From NCBI GenBank assembly GCA_964525955.1, contig CAZGKJ010000002.1:1-59372 (forward strand): a DNA stretch of 59,372 nt, given 5' to 3'. This document shows, piece by piece, positions 53,164 to 59,372 of the stretch; position 1 is the stretch's first letter; every line of letters begins with the position of its first letter. The DNA comes from an uncultured Candidatus Bathyarchaeia archaeon (GTDB taxonomy: Archaea; Thermoproteota; Bathyarchaeia; TCS64; B23). The notes under the pieces were generated by a model, which worked only from the letters and a program-made list of their open reading frames with translations, searched no databases and had not been told where the DNA came from. The translations under genes were made by a program, and so were the position numbers.

Positions 53164-54414
53164 CTACCCCCTGTAGAAGGTGTCTGGGGGGACATCCCTG
53201 TAGACCGTAAGCCCTGGGGCTATCCAGCTCCTCGGCCCGATCTTGACTCCTGGCATCAGGTTTACGCCGATACCCGTCTGGGCCTCGTCTCCAATGAAGG
53301 CTCCCAATTTCCGCCTACCAGAGTCGATGAGATGGCCCTCTACGTTGACCTTCACCGTCCCCTTATCGAATCTTAGGTTCGCCGTTATGGTTCCAGCTCC
53401 CAGGTTGCATCCCTCCCCTATGATGCTGTCCCCTATGTAGGAGAGATGCGCTATATGGCTTCGGGGCATCACGATGCTGTTCTTCACCTCGCAGGCATTC
53501 CCTATACGGGCCTCAGCCCCTATGCTTGTGCCGGGCCTGATGTAGCAGTTTGGCCCTATATCGGCTCCAGGCCCTATGTAGACGGGGCCCTCTATGTAGG
53601 CTCCAGCCCTGACCCTCGCCTCACTCTCGATCCATACGGATCCCTCTATGTGGGCTCCGGCTTCGACTCTCCCCTCTATATGGGGCTCCAACTCGCTTAG
53701 CGCCCTCTCATTGGCCTCTAAGAGCTTCCAGGGGTAACCGATGTCAATCCAGTCCTCAGCCTCCAAAACCGCAGCCCTTATGATTTGGCCGTTCTCCATC
53801 ATCTCCCTCAGGGCGTCGGTCACCTCGTATTCGCCTCTAACTGAGGGCTTCAGGGCCTTGAGCCTCTGGAAGATTTCGGGTGTGAATATGTATAGGCCTG
53901 TGTTGGCGAGGTTGCTGGGCTCCCTCCCCCTCTCAGGCTTCTCTATGAGGTTGACAACCCTATCGTCCTGGAGGAAGACTACTCCGAAGCGTGTGGGGTC
54001 TTCGACGGGGACGACGGCCATCGTCGTCTCCCCAGGTCTATGGGCTTTAAGCAGCTTCTCCAGGGCCTTCGATGAGAGATATAGGTCTCCGTAAATGCCT
54101 ATGAACTCCTCATCGCCTACATATTCCTCCGCCAGCCTAAATGCGTCTCCGGTTCCCCTGGCCTCACCCTGATCCACGTAGGTCAGCTCCAAACCCAGCT
54201 CCGAGCCGTCTCCGAAGCGCTGCTTAATCATCTCCCCGAGGTGATGTATGATGATGAGGGCCTCATCGACGCCTACGGCCTTCAACCTCAGCAGCAGCCA
54301 CTCCAGGATGGGTCTGCCCCCTATGGGTAGGAGGTGTTTAGGCCTCGTCAGAGTGAAGGGTTTAAGCCTCACCCCTCTCCCCGCTGCGAGGATTACAGCC
54401 TTCAACCCCCACAC
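53164..54414 (-). CDS. glmU: bifunctional sugar-1-phosphate nucleotidylyltransferase/acetyltransferase (archaeal GlmU-like)
   Basis: The N-terminal block is AVILAAGRGVRLKPFTLTRPKHLLPIGGRPIL. The C-terminal part carries left-handed beta-helix hexapeptide repeats (IGPNCYIRPGTSIGAEARIGNACEV...). Confidence 0.8.
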   Translation of the reverse strand: MWGLKAVILAAGRGVRLKPFTLTRPKHLLPIGGRPILEWLLLRLKAVGVDEALIIIHHLGEMIKQRFGDGSELGLELTYVDQGEARGTGDAFRLAEEYVGDEEFIGIYGDLYLSSKALEKLLKAHRPGETTMAVVPVEDPTRFGVVFLQDDRVVNLIEKPERGREPSNLANTGLYIFTPEIFQRLKALKPSVRGEYEVTDALREMMENGQIIRAAVLEAEDWIDIGYPWKLLEANERALSELEPHIEGRVEAGAHIEGSVWIESEARVRAGAYIEGPVYIGPGADIGPNCYIRPGTSIGAEARIGNACEVKNSIVMPRSHIAHLSYIGDSIIGEGCNLGAGTITANLRFDKGTVKVNVEGHLIDSGRRKLGAFIGDEAQTGIGVNLMPGVKIGPRSWIAPGLTVYRDVPPDTFYRG

Positions 54415-55763
54415 CTCCTTATGGCCTCCGAGGTGAGGCGTCTCCCCACCTCGATTAGCTCCTCAACTCGTTTACGGCTTCGGGCTTCAGCCGTCACCCT
54501 TATGACGGGCTCCGTCCCCGAGGGCCTGATCAATAGCCATCCGTCGCTCAGCTCTATTCGAAGCCCATCCACCGTCGACGTTGATCGGATGTCGGTGAGA
54601 TGCTCGGGGTATAATTGTTGGATGTTTCTCATCACGTCGGCCTTCAGATGGTTTGGGCATTCAACCTTCACCCTTATCAATGGATACTCAGGTATGTCAG
54701 CCACAAACCCTGAGAGGGTTGTATCAAGCTCCTCAAGGGCTTTTAGAAGTCTTAGGGCGGATAGGAGGCCGTCGGGGCAGGGGTGGACGTCGGGGTGTAT
54801 CCAGGCGCCCACGGGTTCTCCTCCGAAGACTCCTCCATGCCTCATGAGGGCCTCAGCCACATAGGCGTCTCCGACCCTGGTTCTTATGACCCTGCCCCCT
54901 GCGAGCTTGACGGCCTCATCGATGCACATGGAGGCCCCCACATGGGTGACGACGACCCCTCCACGGCATCTCTCTACGATGTGGGCTGCGTAGGCTGCCA
55001 AAACCCTGTCAGGTGTTGGCGCCACCCCCCTCTCGTCGATGAACATCACCCTGTCTCCGTCTCCGTCGAAGGCGAATCCTATATGGGCCTCTGAGGCCCT
55101 AACAAGCTCTCCAAGCCTCCTCAGGGTTTCACCTCGGGGTTCTGGGGCGCCTGTTGTGAAGTATCCATCTGGATTTGCGTTTATGTAGAGAGCCTCACAG
55201 CCGATGGCCTTCAGGGCCTCTGGAGCCGTAACCGCTGTGGCTCCATTCATAAGGTCGCAGACAGTCCTCCACTCCCTCTGGAGCTCCAGGTCTCTAAGTA
55301 TGGCGTCGAGGTATAGGGGTGTTGCCTCCACCTCCTCCACCGATCCCACCCCGCTCCAATCCGATGGCCTGTAGGCTTTGCGCCGCATGATCTCCTCTAT
55401 GGCTCTCCGCTGCTCCTCTCCATAGGCCATCCCCGAGCTGTCGAAGGGTTTTAGGCCGTTATACTCCGGCGGGTTGTGTGAGGCCGTTATGCTGACTCCA
55501 GCGTCAGCTGATAGAACCCTCGTAGTGTAGGCTGTCAGCGGTGTTGGTGCGAGGCCGAGGGATTCGACGTCGCATCCGCAGGAGGTGGCTCCGGATATTA
55601 GGGCCGCCTCCAGCATCTCCCCCGTGGGCCTTGTGTCTCTGCCGACGATGAGGACTCCGCCTCTATTGAGTGTGGCTATGGCCTTTCCAACCTCCAGGGC
55701 GAGCTGAGGTGTCAGCTCGACGTTGACTACTCCTCTGATGCCGGATGTTCCGAAGAGGGTCAT
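54402..55763 (-). CDS. glmM: phosphoglucosamine mutase / phosphohexomutase
   Basis: The start is set at MTLFGTSGIRG. The active-site phosphoserine loop is SITASHNPPEYNGLK, the metal loop is FAFDGDGDR and GGEPVG is also present. Confidence 0.9.
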   Translation of the reverse strand: MTLFGTSGIRGVVNVELTPQLALEVGKAIATLNRGGVLIVGRDTRPTGEMLEAALISGATSCGCDVESLGLAPTPLTAYTTRVLSADAGVSITASHNPPEYNGLKPFDSSGMAYGEEQRRAIEEIMRRKAYRPSDWSGVGSVEEVEATPLYLDAILRDLELQREWRTVCDLMNGATAVTAPEALKAIGCEALYINANPDGYFTTGAPEPRGETLRRLGELVRASEAHIGFAFDGDGDRVMFIDERGVAPTPDRVLAAYAAHIVERCRGGVVVTHVGASMCIDEAVKLAGGRVIRTRVGDAYVAEALMRHGGVFGGEPVGAWIHPDVHPCPDGLLSALRLLKALEELDTTLSGFVADIPEYPLIRVKVECPNHLKADVMRNIQQLYPEHLTDIRSTSTVDGLRIELSDGWLLIRPSGTEPVIRVTAEARSRKRVEELIEVGRRLTSEAIRRCGG

Positions 55764-56455
55764 CGCAGACGCCTCTCTGGGACGAATCTTCGGAGGGGGT
55801 CTACGCTCATAACTCTTTCCAAATCGCTTAGGGTGAGACCCCTCTTCAAGTCGCCGTAGATTTCGCATCGCTCAAATCGATCCATCTCATCTGGATGTCT
55901 CACGACGATCTCAGCCTCATATTCGTTTAGGGGTATGTGGATGTGGTGTGAAACCTTTATCTCGCCGCCCTTCTGAACTGAGACCTCCTCCACCACCCCT
56001 ATGTTGTAGCCCCCCTCCATTAGACGCCGCTCCACCTCCTTCGGGTTCTCGGCGTAGACCACTATGTCTATGTCGCTCCCCCTCCTCGCTGTGCCTCTCC
56101 ACACGCTTCCGATGAGTCTTGGGTTGAAGGCTGAGAGAAGCCTCATGATGTTGAGGGCTTCACGGCGCATCTCCAATAGTCTTCGACGACGCTCCTCCCC
56201 CTCCATCTCATCGGCGATGGCGTCGAGCTCCAGGGCCACCTCATAGTTGCTGGGCAGGGCATCTGCATCGAGGCTTCTGGCTGCCTCCAGCTTCGCCTCC
56301 CTAAAATCCTCCACGGCTCCGATGTATAGGAGCCAAGCCGCCTCCCTCGCAACCCTCCGCCGAGGCTCCAAGTCGCCACAATTAGGTGGAGTGCATGGAT
56401 ATTTGAGCCTCATGCTACCCTCTTTTATACGCCTAATCTTATATCCCTTGATCAA
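55760..56455 (-). CDS. nucleotidyltransferase-domain protein, function unknown
   Basis: The minimal NTase motif is GSVWRGTARRGSDIDIVVY. Its stop shares an ATGA overlap with the glmM start. Confidence 0.6.
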   Translation of the reverse strand: MIKGYKIRRIKEGSMRLKYPCTPPNCGDLEPRRRVAREAAWLLYIGAVEDFREAKLEAARSLDADALPSNYEVALELDAIADEMEGEERRRRLLEMRREALNIMRLLSAFNPRLIGSVWRGTARRGSDIDIVVYAENPKEVERRLMEGGYNIGVVEEVSVQKGGEIKVSHHIHIPLNEYEAEIVVRHPDEMDRFERCEIYGDLKRGLTLSDLERVMSVDPLRRFVPERRLR

Positions 56456-56460
56456 GGGAT

Positions 56461-57729
56461 TTGAAGGTGGTGAATTCTATCGATTTAGAGTATATTAGAT
56501 ATGTTTTAAATGAAGCTTATGAACGATTGAAGGATGTTTATCTGATCTCCTCCGCTCTAGGCCCCGTCAGGCTTTATGCCGCCGCTGACATAGTTGATAA
56601 GGAGTTCTGGACACTTTTCTGCGCCCTAGTGGATTTTCAAATCCCTGTTCAAAGGGTGCTAAATCCAATGCTCACAGGTCTAGTGGAATATATGGAGAGA
56701 AATGGTTTAAAATTCATCGACCTAATATTTGATAAGGAGCTTGCTGAAAAGGTTTTCAACACTTTTAGCTGGTCTTCAAAGAGGGGAGTTAGAAGAGGCT
56801 TCACTCATAGATTTGTGAAGATCGTCGATTTGATCCTCCTTTTAAATATCTTTAAAAGGATAATTGAGGAGTATGGCTCACTCAACGCTCCGATTAAAGA
56901 GGCTTATAGCAAGGCCATCAATGAAGTTGAGCCAATGGAGCATGTCTTTAAGGAGGTTGTTAGCTTATTTGCCCACTATGGCGGCAAACCTCCACTCACC
57001 CCAGTGAGGTTTGGCTCGGCTTTAAAGAGGTTAGCCTTGTTCACGAGGTGGATGGTTAGGCCATATCCAGACCTGGGACTGTGGAATTTCATAGATAAGA
57101 AGCACCTCGTGATCTCCTTGGATGAGGGTTTGAGGAGGATTCTTTTAAGAGCCTTCTCGATGAATGTGTCGATGAATTGGCGTGGAGTTCTAAAAGCTAC
57201 GAGATTTCTAAGGAAGATTAACCCCTCTGACCCCGCAAAATACGATTATTTACTTTCAAGATTATCTATAATGAAATACTGCGCCAAAGAACATGCTAGA
57301 TCAAGGTGTTATTTATGTCCAATTGCAAAGGTATGTGTATCAGCGAATGTTCCTATAGTGCCAAAGTCTAAGCCTTTAACAGGTAGAGAGGGAAAGATCT
57401 TTGAGAGGTTTCTAGAAATCTATGGAAATATTATTGACTCTGTTTCAACAGAGTATCCACTGGACAATTATTCTACTGATGCTTTAATTCATATGGTTAA
57501 CTGTAACAATTACATTGTTGAGGTTGAGTATGAACTCAACTACGTTGCTATTGGTCAAGTTATAACATATCGATATCTATACTTCAAAAAACATAAAAAA
57601 CATATTAAACCAATGATAATATGCATGAAATCATCAAAGGATTTAGAGGAGGCATGTAAGCTGGAACAGGGAATAGAAGTTGTGACGATTGAAAATTTAT
57701 CTAACGAAATTTCAGGGAGGCGGGTTTAA
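56461..57729 (+). CDS. DUF2400 (TIGR02757, HhH-GPD-like) protein with extra C-terminal nuclease-like domain
   Basis: LKRLALFTRWMVRPYPDLGLWNFI, INPSDPAKYDYLLSRL and the Cys cluster CYLCPIAKVC match the DUF2400 pattern. An additional ~110 aa contain TDALIHMVNCNNYIVEVEYEL. The gene is AT-rich. Confidence 0.6.
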   Translation: MKVVNSIDLEYIRYVLNEAYERLKDVYLISSALGPVRLYAAADIVDKEFWTLFCALVDFQIPVQRVLNPMLTGLVEYMERNGLKFIDLIFDKELAEKVFNTFSWSSKRGVRRGFTHRFVKIVDLILLLNIFKRIIEEYGSLNAPIKEAYSKAINEVEPMEHVFKEVVSLFAHYGGKPPLTPVRFGSALKRLALFTRWMVRPYPDLGLWNFIDKKHLVISLDEGLRRILLRAFSMNVSMNWRGVLKATRFLRKINPSDPAKYDYLLSRLSIMKYCAKEHARSRCYLCPIAKVCVSANVPIVPKSKPLTGREGKIFERFLEIYGNIIDSVSTEYPLDNYSTDALIHMVNCNNYIVEVEYELNYVAIGQVITYRYLYFKKHKKHIKPMIICMKSSKDLEEACKLEQGIEVVTIENLSNEISGRRV

Positions 57730-58301
57730 TCTTTCGGCATTTCGAGGAGTTCAGACTTCCTTATGCCCACGTGCCTAAGGGCGGCGACCTTCCTCGCCTC
57801 GTTGTAGATGTCTGAAGCCATCTTTCCGAGAACCATCTCATGGACTATCTGCTCGAAGGTGAGGGTCTTAGCCTTCTCCTCTATAATCTCCCTCATAATC
57901 TGCCTGATCCTCTTCTGCTGAGACGTCTTTATACGCCTCTTTGTGAAGGCGACGGCGCATATCTTCAGCCGGTATCCATCGATGGTTGTCACCCTGAAGA
58001 TGCCGTCGACCTTACTGCTCCTACGCCTGACGAGGCTTCTGAGATAGTCCCTGAGATATTCATGCCCCTTGAAGATGGTTTTGGCCCTGTGATCCTCGAC
58101 GTCGAGTATCTGGAATCTGAGCTTTATATTCTCCTGGGAGTAGTCCCCAGTGATCTGCCCCAGCGTCGTCTCTACGACTCGCCCAATAACCTTCTGTGGG
58201 TCGTCGGCCGGAGTCTCCCCCACCTTACCCTCCCCGAAGTATCTGGGCAGGTAGACCTCATACCACTCTTTCCTACGCCACTTATCCCTCACACGGCTCA
58301 A
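57726..58301 (-). CDS. rps3ae: 30S ribosomal protein S3Ae (eS1)
   Basis: DKWRRKEWYEVYLPRYFG N-terminal block; length 191 aa. Confidence 0.9.
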   Translation of the reverse strand: MSRVRDKWRRKEWYEVYLPRYFGEGKVGETPADDPQKVIGRVVETTLGQITGDYSQENIKLRFQILDVEDHRAKTIFKGHEYLRDYLRSLVRRRSSKVDGIFRVTTIDGYRLKICAVAFTKRRIKTSQQKRIRQIMREIIEEKAKTLTFEQIVHEMVLGKMASDIYNEARKVAALRHVGIRKSELLEMPKD

Positions 58302-58407
58302 ATCCTAATCCCCTAAGAGCCTCTGGGAGAGAAGCCCACAACCCATTTATATCTTTCGCCCAGCGAAGATTCATATCCAAACTCAACCTAATAGCCTTAG
58401 AGCAGAT

Positions 58408-58817
58408 TTGGGGGAGCATGGAGTCAGGGGGGAGGCCCTAAGCTGGCTCAACGAGGCCAGGGAGGATATAGAAGTAGCGGGGGAGCTCATAGGTTTAGTG
58501 AGGTATTCACATGCCTGCTTCATGGCTCAGCAGGCCGCTGAGAAGGCCCTTAAGGCTCTCATACTGGCGAGCTTAGGGTCTATGAGCGAATCCACGACCT
58601 GACGGAGCTTTATAGCAGCCTTGAGGGGCATCTAACCCTACCCGATGAAGTTGAGGATAAGCTTCCAACCCTCTCAGCCTACTACGTCACAGCCAGATAT
58701 CCGAATGCAGGCCTGAGACAGCCCTCAAGGTCTCTTGGGAGGTCTCAGGCTGAGGAGGCTCTGAGGATAGCTGGGGAGGTGGTTGAGGCCGTTGAGGGGA
58801 TTATCGGAGAGGCATAG
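58408..58817 (+). pseudogene. HEPN domain protein split by a frameshift at a G run (58576-58578)
   Basis: The N-terminal part ends ...FMAQQAAEKALKALILASLG. The -1 frame continues VYERIHDLTELY...YYVTARYPN..., typical of the second half of a HEPN domain, and ends at a TAG at 58815-58817. Confidence 0.65.
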
Positions 58818-59112
58818 GAGGGCCCTTGAAGCCTTCCTATCCAGGGTTAGGGAGCACCTCGGAGATGTGGAGGTCTACCTAACGGGAAGCCTCGCCAGGG
58901 GTGACTGGCTCCTGGACAGCGACATAGACCTCATAGTCGTCTCAGACGAGCTGAGAGGGCTGAAGCCCTGGGAGAGATATGCGACGCTGAGGAGGCTTGC
59001 ACCCAGGGATGTGGCCTTCGACATCCTCGGCTATACGAGGGAGGAGTTTGAGAGGCTTAAGGCCTTCAGGGCCGAGCTGAGGAATCCCGACCCCCTATTG
59101 AGGCTGATCTAA
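58783..59112 (+). CDS. minimal nucleotidyltransferase (MNT antitoxin-type)
   Basis: VYLTGSLARGDWLLDSDIDLIVV. It overlaps the end of the HEPN reading frame. Confidence 0.8.
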   Translation: MRPLRGLSERHRRALEAFLSRVREHLGDVEVYLTGSLARGDWLLDSDIDLIVVSDELRGLKPWERYATLRRLAPRDVAFDILGYTREEFERLKAFRAELRNPDPLLRLI

Positions 59113-59113
59113 C

Positions 59114-59356
59114 TCATCCCGATAGGGCTTCCAAGGCCCTCTCGGCTGCCTGGATGCAGGCGAGGAAGTCGTCGAGCGTCGGCAGTAGGCTCCTCAGCTT
59201 CCGGGTCTTCACCCATATCCGTAGTGTCGCCCCCTCCCTCACGGCCTGAACGTCTATTCCCTCTGGGGCTTGATAGTTGTCCGGCGATATGGCCTCGTAG
59301 ACGGCTTTGGCTGTGGCCTCGTCTTCGTATCTAAGCCTGATCCAAGCCTCCGCCAT
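59114..59356 (-). CDS. pcc1: KEOPS complex subunit Pcc1-like protein
   Basis: An 80-aa protein with the pattern ...AKAVYEAISPD...LRIWVKTRKLRSLLPTLDDFLACI, resembling archaeal Pcc1. Confidence 0.6.
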   Translation of the reverse strand: MAEAWIRLRYEDEATAKAVYEAISPDNYQAPEGIDVQAVREGATLRIWVKTRKLRSLLPTLDDFLACIQAAERALEALSG

Positions 59357-59372
59357 GCCTCTGCTCCCCTAT

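Noticed and set aside
1-59372. Search for tRNA, rRNA and CRISPR arrays
   Set aside because: No T-loop-like GTTCRANYC in a cloverleaf context, no rRNA-like conserved blocks and no regularly spaced direct repeats were seen in any intergenic region. Visual scanning could miss a degenerate element.

Overview
This is a GC-rich archaeal chromosomal segment. Housekeeping markers are cysS, RNase P protein subunits Pop5 and Rpp30, ribosomal protein S3Ae, Pcc1, speE, a glmM/glmU-like pair and endonuclease V. A PaREP1-family gene and the R/E/L-rich protein composition suggest a thermophilic Thermoproteota-type host, but that cannot be proven from the sequence alone. I saw no rRNA, tRNA or CRISPR array. 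The metabolic backbone is two paralogous Liv-type ABC uptake operons, several peptidases and an amino-acid-catabolism-like cluster. Layered on this is a dense accessory complement:
- six VapBC pairs
- four HEPN/MNT-type modules, two of them fused in opposite domain order
- a type II restriction-modification (R-M) pair
- a vapBC-linked ABC-ATPase plus small TOPRIM-like pair
- several visibly AT-rich islands carrying nuclease-like genes
- a roughly 7-kb capsid-less virus-derived block, with a LamG/carbohydrate-binding-module (CBM) fibre-like protein, small membrane proteins, an ABC-ATPase-GNAT fusion and an orphan large terminase

The best candidates for something undescribed are the terminase/ABC-GNAT block (27.4-34.4 kb), the vapBC-ATPase-TOPRIM operon (36.3-38.5 kb) and the AT-rich wHTH/Mrr-like operon (21.0-23.1 kb). 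At least seven ORF breaks coincide with homopolymer runs, so the apparent pseudogenes may be sequencing artefacts. All family assignments come from motif reading by eye; no searches were run.
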